Below, in pieces: positions 11,194 to 20,232 of a stretch of 64,000 nucleotides of DNA (positions are counted from its first letter, which is position 1; every line of letters starts with the position of its first letter). The notes below the pieces were generated by a model that saw only the letters and a program-made list of their open reading frames with translations, searched no databases and was not told where the DNA came from. Made by a program: the position numbers and the translations under genes. The DNA is from Bradymonadia bacterium (GTDB lineage: Bacteria > Myxococcota_A > Bradymonadia > UBA7976 > UBA1532). Location: contig JBKAGE010000037.1 of NCBI GenBank assembly GCA_046290225.1, positions 160,001 through 224,000 on the forward strand. Reading direction: 5' to 3'.

Positions 11194-12198
11194 ATGCTTC
11201 AGATCCTCGCCCTCCTCGTCGGCATCCTCGGCGCGCCGGCGCCCAAAGGCGGCCAAATCACCATCGACGTCAAGCCCGGCGATGCGAAGGTCACCCTCGA
11301 CGGTCGCGTGGTCAAAGGCTTCAAATCCGGCAGGCCCTTCAACGCCTCAGCGGGCCGTCACACGCTCCAGATCACCCGCAAGGGTTACAAGGGCGACAAG
11401 CGCTCTGTGACCGTGGCGAAGGGCAAGACCCTGCGCATCAACGTGGGCCTCAAGAAGGTGGGCAACTTCTCCGTGGCCCCAGTGAAGGTCCGCCCCAAGG
11501 CCAAACCCAAAGGCCCCATCGTGGTCAACAAGGGCCCCAAGAAGGGTAAAGGCGGCGCAGCGAAGAAGCCCGCGGTGAAGGGCGGCTTCGTCATGAAGCC
11601 CGGCGGCGGCAAGGTGAAGCCTGGCAAGCCCACGGTGAAGACCCCTGTTCGTGGCCCCACGGCGAAGAAGCCCACCAAGAAGCCTGTGGTGGCGAAGAAG
11701 CCCGCTGTGACGAAGAAGCCCAAGGTGACCAGCAAGCCCAAGGTCGCCGCTCGGCCCAAGGCTCGGCCCAAGCCCAAGGTCACCACCCGGCCCAAGACGC
11801 GCCCCCGCAACAACCGCCCCGTGGCGGTGCGGCCCAACAACAACCAGCCCAACGGCGTCCGGGGCGCCGCCCCCTACCGTCGCCCGAGCCTGAAGCCCTG
11901 GGCCGCCCTCTCCTTCGTCGTGGGGGCCGCCTCCATCGCCGGCGGTGTGGTGGTGGGCCTGCAGGCCGAAGACAAGGCCGAGGAGTTCAACGACAGCGTG
12001 TTCCTCGACGACAAGCGCGAGCTGAAGCAGGACGCCGAGAATCTGGCTCTGGGCTCGAACGTGCTGTATGGGGTGGGCGCAGCGGCCCTGCTCATCGGCG
12101 GGCTGCTCTGGGCCATGGACGACAGCGGCTCGACGTACGGCTCAGTCACCCCCATGCCCGGCGGTGGCGCCTACGTGGGCTTCGGAGGCAGCTTCTGA
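11194..12198 (+). CDS. PEGA domain protein with Lys/Pro-rich linker and C-terminal hydrophobic segments
   Basis: IDVKPGDAKVTLDG..GRHTLQITRKGY; long KP-rich tract; ends GGAYVGFGGSF. Confidence 0.75.
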   Translation: MLQILALLVGILGAPAPKGGQITIDVKPGDAKVTLDGRVVKGFKSGRPFNASAGRHTLQITRKGYKGDKRSVTVAKGKTLRINVGLKKVGNFSVAPVKVRPKAKPKGPIVVNKGPKKGKGGAAKKPAVKGGFVMKPGGGKVKPGKPTVKTPVRGPTAKKPTKKPVVAKKPAVTKKPKVTSKPKVAARPKARPKPKVTTRPKTRPRNNRPVAVRPNNNQPNGVRGAAPYRRPSLKPWAALSFVVGAASIAGGVVVGLQAEDKAEEFNDSVFLDDKRELKQDAENLALGSNVLYGVGAAALLIGGLLWAMDDSGSTYGSVTPMPGGGAYVGFGGSF

Positions 12199-12605
12199 TG
12201 ATGCGTGCGCGAATCACCACCTTGATGCTCACCACGGCCTTCGCGGTGCTGGGATGCACGGTGGATCTCGAAGAGAACGAGTGCCAAAGCGACGGCGACT
12301 GCGTGTTCAAGGCCAATACGGTCTGTCAGCTGCCAGAAGGCTGGTGCGTGCGCCCGGCCCCCGACGCCACACCGGTGCCCGACGCCCGGCCGATGCCCGA
12401 TATGTCAGTGGAGCCTGAGCCGGACATGTCGGTGGAGCCCGAAGCGGATATGTCGGTGGAGCCTGAGGCCGACATGGGGATGGAAGAAGCAGACGCCGAG
12501 CCCATGGAGATGGCCGACATGGGCATGATGGAGGTCGATGCTGAGCTTATGGAGATGGCTGACGCTGAGCCTGAGATGGCTGACATGGAAGCCCCTGAAG
12601 AATAA
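12198..12605 (+). CDS. Small lipoprotein with Cys-rich domain and acidic Met-rich repeats
   Basis: Start overlaps the upstream stop (TGATG); lipobox VLGC; C-x5-C-x7-C-x6-C; (P/A)DMSVEPE repeats. Confidence 0.7.
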   Translation: MMRARITTLMLTTAFAVLGCTVDLEENECQSDGDCVFKANTVCQLPEGWCVRPAPDATPVPDARPMPDMSVEPEPDMSVEPEADMSVEPEADMGMEEADAEPMEMADMGMMEVDAELMEMADAEPEMADMEAPEE

Positions 12606-13008
12606 GAGAGTTTCGGGCACGGGCACGGGCACGGGCACGGGCACGAGTTGATTCGACCTTTGACCCGTGGCCCTGCATGACTCCGCTCGTGGGTTTATGA
12701 TGGTGGAGGCTCTACTCAGCCCCATGGGTCTCTCATTGGAGGTTTTGACCTCCATACACCCCAAGACCTGAACTCTCAGGTCGTTCTGTAACGCATCATC
12801 TCAGTTTCAATTGCTGCCTGTGTCCTGAATCCAGGAAGGACCACGGGTCAGGTCGAACAGTGGCCAGCCCTTCGGGTGTCTTTCCGCTCCCTCCGGCCGG
12901 CTACGCCGCCCTCCACTCGCTCCAAGACATGCAGCCTCAGGCTGCACTGTCCACATCCGTAAAACTCGTGCCCGTGCCCGTGCCCGTGCCCGTGCCCGAA
13001 ACTCTCTT
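12604..13008. repeat. Non-coding element bounded by perfect 46-bp inverted repeats containing (GGGCAC)5; MITE/REP-like
   Basis: 12604-12649 AAGAGAGTTTC(GGGCAC)5GAGTT is the exact reverse complement of 12963-13008. Confidence 0.85.
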
Positions 13009-13041
13009 GCGAGCGAAGCGAGTCACTGAAGAGCAAGCGAG

Positions 13042-13407
13042 TCACTGGAGAGCAGCAGGCTCCACTTCCTCAACAGTGGCCAGCACCTCTTTCACCTCGA
13101 GCAACCGCAGCTCATCATCCCAGGGTACCCGCACCCCTGCTTTTTTGGGGAACAGCACCTTGGCCCCCATGGGCACCCCGCTCACGTTCTCGCCCACGAT
13201 CTCGTCGCCGGTCTCCGTACCTGCGCGGGCCACTTCGACCACCTCGCCGTAGAGGGCATCGTCGTGTTGCTCTTTGACCCCCTCGGGCAGGTACAGACCC
13301 GCCTCGCTGCGGCTCTCGAGTTTGAGCACTCGCACAAGCACTCGGGGGCCCAGGGGTTTGATGTAGCGCAGCGGGCGGTGACCCGGGACCTTCAGCTCGT
13401 CTGACAT
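13042..13407 (-). CDS. Co-chaperonin GroES/Cpn10-family protein, no adjacent groEL
   Basis: IKPLGPRVLV..SEAGLYLP..GEVVEV..GAKVLFPKKAG..LRLLEVKEVLA follows the GroES pattern; GGGAG RBS. Confidence 0.8.
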   Translation of the reverse strand: MSDELKVPGHRPLRYIKPLGPRVLVRVLKLESRSEAGLYLPEGVKEQHDDALYGEVVEVARAGTETGDEIVGENVSGVPMGAKVLFPKKAGVRVPWDDELRLLEVKEVLATVEEVEPAALQ

Positions 13408-13487
13408 GTCTCACTCCCATCACCCTGAGCTTGCAGGGTGAGTGGCGAAGGTTGCTTTCCAGAACCAGAGGGGTCATACCCTCGTGT

Positions 13488-14159
13488 ATGGGCGCTGTCA
13501 TCCTCACCATCCCGGGCCCCTGGGGCAAGCTTCCCACGTGGCCTTCCGCCATTCCCCTCACCCATGACGAGGCCGAGCCGGGCCTCGCCGGTGACATCAA
13601 GGCCTTCGCCCGACAGGCGGCCATGGTGGACGCCCTGGACATGGGGCAAATCAAACGCCACGCCGGCATCGTCCGGGCTCTGGTGGATTTCGAAGAAGAA
13701 GGCACACTGCAGTGGGCCACGGCAGGGGCGAAGCTGATGGTCGAGGCCTTCGCTGCTGGCGCCCCGGTGGTGCTCGTGGAGACGGCGAGCAAGGTGATCG
13801 ACCCCAAAGGGCTCGATGGCGCTGATCTCACCGATCCGGTGGCGCTGGTGCATCTCTATGTGTCGGTTTTTGGCGATGGCGAGCAGGTGTACACCGAGGG
13901 TCTGCAGGTCTTCGATTTGCCCGACGTGGTGGTGTCCTACCGCAACGAGGCTGAGGGGGTGCTGGCCCAGGGCGCGGCTTTTGCCTATGCAGCGCTGAGC
14001 GTCTGCGAAGGGCTGAGGTTGAGCGAGGGTGGGACCTTCACGGCTTCGGAGAGCGCGCCGACCTACACATGCGCCTTCGAGGCGACCACTGAGGCTGATC
14101 TGGAAGACGATCCGCTGGCGAACCCCCGCGGGGTTTGGCGACTCACTCGCGTCAGCTGA
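13488..14159 (+). CDS. Hypothetical protein, DUF4261-like
   Basis: YTEGLQVFDLPD and C-terminal NPRGVWRL resemble DUF4261 proteins (recalled, not searched). Confidence 0.55.
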   Translation: MGAVILTIPGPWGKLPTWPSAIPLTHDEAEPGLAGDIKAFARQAAMVDALDMGQIKRHAGIVRALVDFEEEGTLQWATAGAKLMVEAFAAGAPVVLVETASKVIDPKGLDGADLTDPVALVHLYVSVFGDGEQVYTEGLQVFDLPDVVVSYRNEAEGVLAQGAAFAYAALSVCEGLRLSEGGTFTASESAPTYTCAFEATTEADLEDDPLANPRGVWRLTRVS

Positions 14160-14590
14160 TGTGGGATGAGGAGGCCGAGAGTCAATGCCCTCGCTGTGGG
14201 GCCGCTGGCCAGAGGCATGTGTATCAAACCCGCGGCATGAGTGGTGGAGACATTGGGTGGTCTTCATCGACGCAGTGCAGGCAGTGCGAGCTCTGCATAG
14301 AAGAAGACAACAGCGGCATGCCACCAGAGCCTCTGCGGCAATTCTTCATCCGCACTGACGGCCTTTGGCAACTTACGCTCGATGACCCCGCCTTCAGACT
14401 CAAAGCAGTGCGACAGCTCCGGAGCATCCTGCCGCTGAGCCTCACCGAAGCGGCATCCATGCTGAAAACAGGTGTGCTCTGGCAAGGGACTCGGTCAGAG
14501 GTGAACTGGCTCCTGGATACCCTCCAGTTTCCCAACAAAGGCATCATCTCCGTGCGCTTGGAGCGTCCTGGATCACGGGGTGACCCCTGA
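14159..14590 (+). CDS. Hypothetical Zn-ribbon protein with L7/L12 C-terminal-like domain
   Basis: Start overlaps the upstream stop (TGATG); CPRC..CRQC; LKAVRQLRSILPLSLTEAASML. Confidence 0.55.
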   Translation: MWDEEAESQCPRCGAAGQRHVYQTRGMSGGDIGWSSSTQCRQCELCIEEDNSGMPPEPLRQFFIRTDGLWQLTLDDPAFRLKAVRQLRSILPLSLTEAASMLKTGVLWQGTRSEVNWLLDTLQFPNKGIISVRLERPGSRGDP

Positions 14591-15085
14591 TCTCGCCGAG
14601 CCCTTCAACCGCTTCACGAGATCAGCAACAGGTAGAGTAGAGCAGTCCTGTTTACCGCCCTTCCGGCACGTGTTCACCCTTCCGTCTTTGACCTGCAGCC
14701 AGAACTCACCGCAATTGCTGATGGGGATGGGAAACCCCCTCGACTGATCGAGAACGAAGAGCATCTCGCTGCCAATGGGGAAGCGTTCCGTGGTGATGTA
14801 GGGGCGGCACAGGCGGCCATCGTCCCCCATGAGTCGTATCCGCTTTCGTTGAGACTCGCCCTTGAGTACGTCGAGCACCTGCACATCCATCGTTCGGTAG
14901 ATGGTGGTTCCGTGCACCTCGTTCTTCCATGGGCCATAGCTGAGCACCTTGGCACGTATGGCCAGATCGCCTTTGGATGCGAGCTCTTCGAAAGAGCCGC
15001 CATAGCCACAATCACATGCGAAGGCTGACAGGGGCACCAGCAACGCGCTGGCACAGAGCAGCAGGGACGAAATCAACGTCTTCAT
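14573..15085 (-). CDS. Secreted TIMP/NTR-like Cys-rich protein
   Basis: AGGAGG RBS; signal peptide ending AFA, then CDC at the mature N-terminus; VQVLDVLKG and LCRPYI. Confidence 0.6.
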   Translation of the reverse strand: MKTLISSLLLCASALLVPLSAFACDCGYGGSFEELASKGDLAIRAKVLSYGPWKNEVHGTTIYRTMDVQVLDVLKGESQRKRIRLMGDDGRLCRPYITTERFPIGSEMLFVLDQSRGFPIPISNCGEFWLQVKDGRVNTCRKGGKQDCSTLPVADLVKRLKGSARSGVTP

Positions 15086-15175
15086 GAGACCTCCTTGGTG
15101 CAGACATGCACGCAGAGGCAACGGCTCGGATCTAATCCGCGAGGGAAACTGTTCTGAGAGAGATGAACGAGGGCG

Positions 15176-16543
15176 TTACATGCGCTTGACGATCTGCTCC
15201 GCCACCGCTTCACCGCGGCTCGCGCAGTCTGGCAGCCCCACACCGAACAGGCCGTTCCCAGCGAGGTACACCCCCTTGAGCGAGGCCACGGCGGACTTCA
15301 CCTCGGAGACCCTCAGCTGGTGGCCCAGCACGTACTGCGGGATCGCAGAGTCCCAGCGGATCACCCGCGCAAAGGTGGGCTCGGGCATGGGGCCCCTGAG
15401 CGCCACCGAGAGCTCTCCACGTACGAGGTGGATCAGGGCGTCGTCGTCGAGGTTGATGAGATCGGGATGGCGGGCGCCGCCGAGGATGGAGCGGGTCATC
15501 ACGTGACCGTTCGGGGCGCGGTCGGGGAAGATGCTGCTCGTGAAGAGCCCGCCGAGGATCTTGCGATGCTCCGTCGAGGGCACCAGGTAGCCGAAGGCGT
15601 CGAGCGCCCCGGGCATCTGGGCCTTGGGGAAACCCAAACCCACCACCACCGCCGGGGCATAGGGGATCGCCTCCAGAGGCGCCACGGCGGCTGGGGCTAC
15701 GCCGGCGAGAATCCGGGCCATGGCCGCCGTGGGCGTGGCCAGCACCACAGCGTCGGCCTCAATTGGGTCACCGCCGCCGGCCTCGATGCGCCAGCGGCCC
15801 ACCTTCTTGAAGCCCGTCACCGGACGGCCCACCTGAATCGCGTCTTCGAGCTTGTGGGCCATGGCCCCCGTGAGGGTCTCCATGCCCCCGGCGAAGCCCG
15901 TGAGCTTCGGGCGACCCTTCTTCGGGCCTCCCTCACCACGGCGACGGGCCCGCAGCTTCTTCACACCCATCATCGCCGCGCCCCGCAACAGACTGCCGTG
16001 CTCTGATTCGATCTGGGCGATCTTGGGGAACGCCGCTTTCATGCTCAGGCGCCGGGGATCACCGGCATAAATGCCCGTGACCACAGCATCCATGAGCACG
16101 GCGGCTTCGGAGCCCATGCGGCGCCGGGCGAAGTCGTAGACCGACTCGTCGTCACGGCTCGAGCGCTTGGGGATCAGCGGCTCGGCGAGCAATCGCGCGG
16201 CGCCCTTGACGCTCAAGATGCTGGTGCTGAGCAGATCACCGGGGCCACCGGGCACCGCCTCGAGTCGGCCGCTGCGCATCACATAGCGCTTCTCCGACTC
16301 GGCCTTCGCCGAGATGAGCTGATCGCCGAGATCGAGAGACTCAGCGAGGCGGACCATGGACTCCCGGCTACTGAGGAACCCGTTGGGACCCCACTCCACG
16401 TGGTAACCCTCGGCGCGCTCGGTCTTGATCTTGCCGCCGACGCGATCGTCGGACTCGAGGACCACCACATCGACGCCAGCCCGCCGCAGATTCCACGCAC
16501 AGGCGAGGCCGCTCAGCCCGCCCCCGATCACCGCCACCTTCAT
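15176..16543 (-). CDS. hemY: Protoporphyrinogen oxidase (HemY/HemG FAD type)
   Basis: IGGGLSGL, EWGPNGF, GIYAGDP, FGYLVP and IPQY motifs; downstream of hemE. Confidence 0.93.
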   Translation of the reverse strand: MKVAVIGGGLSGLACAWNLRRAGVDVVVLESDDRVGGKIKTERAEGYHVEWGPNGFLSSRESMVRLAESLDLGDQLISAKAESEKRYVMRSGRLEAVPGGPGDLLSTSILSVKGAARLLAEPLIPKRSSRDDESVYDFARRRMGSEAAVLMDAVVTGIYAGDPRRLSMKAAFPKIAQIESEHGSLLRGAAMMGVKKLRARRRGEGGPKKGRPKLTGFAGGMETLTGAMAHKLEDAIQVGRPVTGFKKVGRWRIEAGGGDPIEADAVVLATPTAAMARILAGVAPAAVAPLEAIPYAPAVVVGLGFPKAQMPGALDAFGYLVPSTEHRKILGGLFTSSIFPDRAPNGHVMTRSILGGARHPDLINLDDDALIHLVRGELSVALRGPMPEPTFARVIRWDSAIPQYVLGHQLRVSEVKSAVASLKGVYLAGNGLFGVGLPDCASRGEAVAEQIVKRM

Positions 16544-16548
16544 CGCTT

Positions 16549-17625
16549 CTACTCCCCGCGCTTCTTTGCTGAGGCCTCGTGCACGTAATCGACCAGCCGC
16601 TTCACCGTGTCGACCGGGGTCTTGGGGGTGATGCCGTGGCCGAGGTTGAAGATGTGGCCGGTGCCGTCACCTGCGGCGTCGAGGACGACGTCGACGGCGG
16701 GCTTCAGCGCAGACCACGGTGAAAGCAATCGGGCAGGATCGAGGTTCCCTTGAAGGGTTACGCCATCGCCGACGATGGCCCGGGCCTTCTCGAGGGGCAG
16801 GGTCCAGTCGACGCCGAGCACATCGGCGCCGGTGCCCGCGACGAGATCGAAGTAGGTGCCGGTGCCCTTGGCGAAGACGATGACTGGCACCCCGGGGCGA
16901 CGCACGCCCTCGACGATGCGCCTGGTGTAGCGGGCCCCCCAACGCTCATAGTCTGCCGGATCCATGCTGCCGGCCCAGCTGTCGAAGATCTGCACCACGC
17001 TGCAGCCGCGATCGACCTGCATGTTGAGCAGGCTGATGACCTGATCAGCGAGCTTCTCGAAGAGGGCCTCGGCGGCCTCGGGGTGCTCGTACAAGAAGGT
17101 CTTGGTCTTCAGGAAGTTCCGGGTCGAGCCGCCCTCGATGAGGTAGCTGGCCAGGGTGTAGGGGGCCCCGGCGAAGCCGATGAGGGGGGTGGTGTCGGGC
17201 AGCCCGTTCCGGATCAAGGCACAGGCGTCGCCCACGAAGCCCATGGTCTCCCGAGCGTCGGTGACGATGAGCTTCTCCACGTCGGCCACGGACTCGATGG
17301 GGTTCTCGATGACCGGCCCACCCTTGGGGAACTTCACCACGGCCCCCATGGGCTCGAGGGGGATCAGCAAATCGCTGAACAGGATCGAGGCGTCGAGATC
17401 GAAGGCGTTGATGGGCTGCAGGGTGACCTCAAGGGCCAGCTCGGGGGTGTGGCACACCTCGAGGAAGTCGTGCTTGGCCCGCACAGCCCGATACTCGGAC
17501 ATGTACCGCCCCGCCTGCCGCATCAGCCAGATCGGCGTGTGGGGCGTAGCCTCTCCTCGGCAGGCCTTGAGGAACAGCGAGTTCTGGAGCTTGGGATCTG
17601 TAAGGTGGGCGGGGGTCTGGCTCAT
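16549..17625 (-). CDS. hemE: Uroporphyrinogen decarboxylase
   Basis: PIWLMRQAGRY, GFAGAPYTLASY, QIFDSWAG, QGNLDP and HIFNLGHG. Confidence 0.97.
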   Translation of the reverse strand: MSQTPAHLTDPKLQNSLFLKACRGEATPHTPIWLMRQAGRYMSEYRAVRAKHDFLEVCHTPELALEVTLQPINAFDLDASILFSDLLIPLEPMGAVVKFPKGGPVIENPIESVADVEKLIVTDARETMGFVGDACALIRNGLPDTTPLIGFAGAPYTLASYLIEGGSTRNFLKTKTFLYEHPEAAEALFEKLADQVISLLNMQVDRGCSVVQIFDSWAGSMDPADYERWGARYTRRIVEGVRRPGVPVIVFAKGTGTYFDLVAGTGADVLGVDWTLPLEKARAIVGDGVTLQGNLDPARLLSPWSALKPAVDVVLDAAGDGTGHIFNLGHGITPKTPVDTVKRLVDYVHEASAKKRGE

Positions 17626-17750
17626 GGGGGCCTCTTTCGTGTTTCGACCCGAGGTTCATATCATCTTTACGGCTGAGGTGTCGCTCGAGGCCTTCTCTCT
17701 TTATGTCTGCTTGCCGTAAAACCAGTCACCCATTCACTCAAAGGAGCCCC

Positions 17751-18053
17751 ATGGCCGTTCAACGCATCGTCTTGCTCAAACTCCACGACGCCCACAGCAC
17801 CGACGAAGGCCGGGCGAAGTTCGCCGCCCACACTCGGGAGGTCTTCGCCAAGATCCCCGGCATCGCAGGTTTCGAGGTGGGTTTGCCCGCCGACGACCAC
17901 GCCACCGGCTCCTGGGATGTGGTCATCATGGTGCGCTTCGACAGCATGGAAGACGTGGCCGCGTATGCCGTCGAGCCGACACACCGCGAATACGTGGAGG
18001 GTTATCTCAACCCCCACGCCCACGTGAAGAAGGCCTGGAACTTCGAGATCTGA
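17751..18053 (+). CDS. Dabb / stress-responsive A/B-barrel protein
   Basis: AAGGAG RBS; RIVLLKL..IPGI..VRFDSMEDVAAYAVEPTH. Confidence 0.8.
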   Translation: MAVQRIVLLKLHDAHSTDEGRAKFAAHTREVFAKIPGIAGFEVGLPADDHATGSWDVVIMVRFDSMEDVAAYAVEPTHREYVEGYLNPHAHVKKAWNFEI

Positions 18054-19331
18054 TCACTCGCCTTCAAGTGCGGGCTCCAGATCAGCTTCGCATGCCTCGT
18101 CCAACGCACCATCGCAGTCGTCATCGAGGCCATTGCACAGCTCTTCTCCGGGCAGCACCTGACCATCACACAGTCCTGGCTCCCCTTCGAAGCAGAGCGA
18201 GTTGCCGCCTCGACATACCCCCACCCCCTCGGTCTCCGGCGGGCCGTCGTAGCACGGCTCCACGAGTAGATCGCCGTCCTCGCCCTCGTCGGTGACGCCA
18301 TCACAGTCGTCGTCAATGTCGTTGCAGGTCTCGGGTTCGGGATCTTGAGGGATGTCGGAGGGCGTCACACTGCACACGCCGGAGCGCTGATCAGGGCTGC
18401 AGACATAACCCCCGGAGACGCTGCATGGCCCCAGGCCGATGGTGCAAGTGCGATCGAGGCCGAAGTCTTCGTCGAGCTGCCCATCACAGTCATCATCGAG
18501 ACCGTTGCACAACTCCATCTGCGGTGAGGGCCGATCATCGCTCACGGCAAAACACCTCACCCCACGGCCGTTGTCGGCGCAGCGGCCTTCTCCTTCGGTC
18601 TGGCAGATGCCGTACCCGGCGATACAAGGCTCGCCGACGGCGTACCCCTCATCGACGAGACCGTCGCAGTCGTCGTCGACGTGATCACACAGCTCGTCGC
18701 GGGGCTCGATGTCTGGGGCTCTACACGACACCTGGCCAGAGGGGTCACACCACAGCACCCCCTCGCTGAGGCATCGGCCGACGCCTTGAGTGCACGACAT
18801 TTGATTGAGCACCACCTGCTGCCCTTCGTCGGTGATGCCATCACAGTCGTCATCCTGGCCATTGCAGATCTCAGGTTGTGGGGAAGGCTCAGGGGCGTTG
18901 CACACCCGCCAGCCCTCCACCGTGCATTCGAAGGTGCCCTCGGTGATGCACCCGCCAGCTCGCCGAGTGCAAGGGCCCAGGAGATCGGTGTAGCCCTCGT
19001 CGACACGACCGTCCCCATCGTCGTCCTGACCATCACATCGCTCTCCGTCCACGATGCCGCCATCGCTACACTCGGCGCCTTCTGGGCAAGGGAGAGGATC
19101 TGCCACCTCAGCATCGGCGAGCGGCTGAACGAAGCTGTCGCTCTCCTCGAGGCTCGATGCGTCCTGGGGCTCTGGTGCGTGCAGAGATGCGTCAGGTGTT
19201 GCGGGCACGTGAGCGTCAGGCAAGACAGCAGCATCCAGCTCGCCAAGGCGTTGCGAGGCGGTCTCGGTGCACGCACTCGCCAGCGCCAGCGCACAGAGGC
19301 ACCCCATGACATATCTCGTGTAGATCACCAT
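18054..19331 (-). CDS. Cys-rich lipoprotein with MopE-type (CNGLDDDCDG) repeats
   Basis: Lipobox ASAC; six E-x-C-[DN]-x-x-D-D-D-[CG]-D-G units separated by Cys-rich spacers; start placed at MVIYTRY. Confidence 0.8.
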   Translation of the reverse strand: MVIYTRYVMGCLCALALASACTETASQRLGELDAAVLPDAHVPATPDASLHAPEPQDASSLEESDSFVQPLADAEVADPLPCPEGAECSDGGIVDGERCDGQDDDGDGRVDEGYTDLLGPCTRRAGGCITEGTFECTVEGWRVCNAPEPSPQPEICNGQDDDCDGITDEGQQVVLNQMSCTQGVGRCLSEGVLWCDPSGQVSCRAPDIEPRDELCDHVDDDCDGLVDEGYAVGEPCIAGYGICQTEGEGRCADNGRGVRCFAVSDDRPSPQMELCNGLDDDCDGQLDEDFGLDRTCTIGLGPCSVSGGYVCSPDQRSGVCSVTPSDIPQDPEPETCNDIDDDCDGVTDEGEDGDLLVEPCYDGPPETEGVGVCRGGNSLCFEGEPGLCDGQVLPGEELCNGLDDDCDGALDEACEADLEPALEGE

Positions 19332-19864
19332 TCGACCTGCCACCCCATCCCCCGATCGGACCCCGTGGTGGGCGCCGGGCGCTGGTCTTCGTGGTTCAAA
19401 TAGGCCCAGAGCAATCCGCTCGCGGCGAGTATTCCCCCAGTCACCAGAGTCGCCCGGCCCATCTTGTGGGTGCGATCGACGTCTTCGTAGAGCGCCTCGT
19501 TGCTCGGATCGTGCAGCAACTCGTCGCCGAGCCGCTCGTTCCGGTAGCTGTAGTAGCCGCTGGTGCCCAGCAACGCGGCGCCCGCGCCCACGGTGATCCA
19601 ATGCCACGGGGTGGATTCGGCCCTCTGTACCTCAGGGGTATCGAGCTGGGCGCGGATGAGCGTCGCAGGATCAGAGGTCTCTCGGTACCTGCCCTCAAGG
19701 GTACGAGCGTGTTGGACCGCCTCGAGCTGATTGATGTCGAGGGCGTGCAAGCTCTCGAGGACAGGGGGCGCCGGCGGCAGCGCCCCTGGAGCAGCCTGCG
19801 CGTGCACATCAGCGGTGCTCGCAGCCCAGATCAAAGTCAGCGTGAGGCTACAGAGAGAGATCAT
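19325..19864 (-). CDS. Hypothetical secreted/outer-membrane-associated protein
   Basis: Signal peptide, two hydrophobic segments, terminal W; overlaps the start of the downstream gene. Confidence 0.6.
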   Translation of the reverse strand: MISLCSLTLTLIWAASTADVHAQAAPGALPPAPPVLESLHALDINQLEAVQHARTLEGRYRETSDPATLIRAQLDTPEVQRAESTPWHWITVGAGAALLGTSGYYSYRNERLGDELLHDPSNEALYEDVDRTHKMGRATLVTGGILAASGLLWAYLNHEDQRPAPTTGSDRGMGWQVEW

Positions 19865-20232
19865 CGTGTCGTCCCGTCGAGATGTGTCTGGTGGAAGCCG
19901 CCCATGACGCGACGACTCATGGGGCCCAGGACGCCACCCCTAAAATGACCATTCTGTGAATGTTCTACGGGCTGAGCCGTCGGACACCGCTTTTGGTCAA
20001 AACCAGCCAGCCTCTTCGGTATGGCACTTGATGCCAGATGCCCCCGTGGGCACTTGCACCCACCATGGGGCGATCGACAGCCCCCCTTCCCTCCAAGGCC
20101 ACTGCGAGCTATCTTGCCCGCCTGTTTTGTCTTCACCTGGCCTCGGGCCAGGCCTCGCTGGCAACCGCACGTGTCGCATCAGCGTCTTCTAAAGACCCTC
20201 GCGACCGCGTCTCACATCATTTGGGAACAGCC

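Noticed and set aside
12405..13252. ORFs containing VPVPVP or GHGHGH tracts
   Set aside because: Translations of the (GGGCAC)n inverted repeat that overlap real genes.
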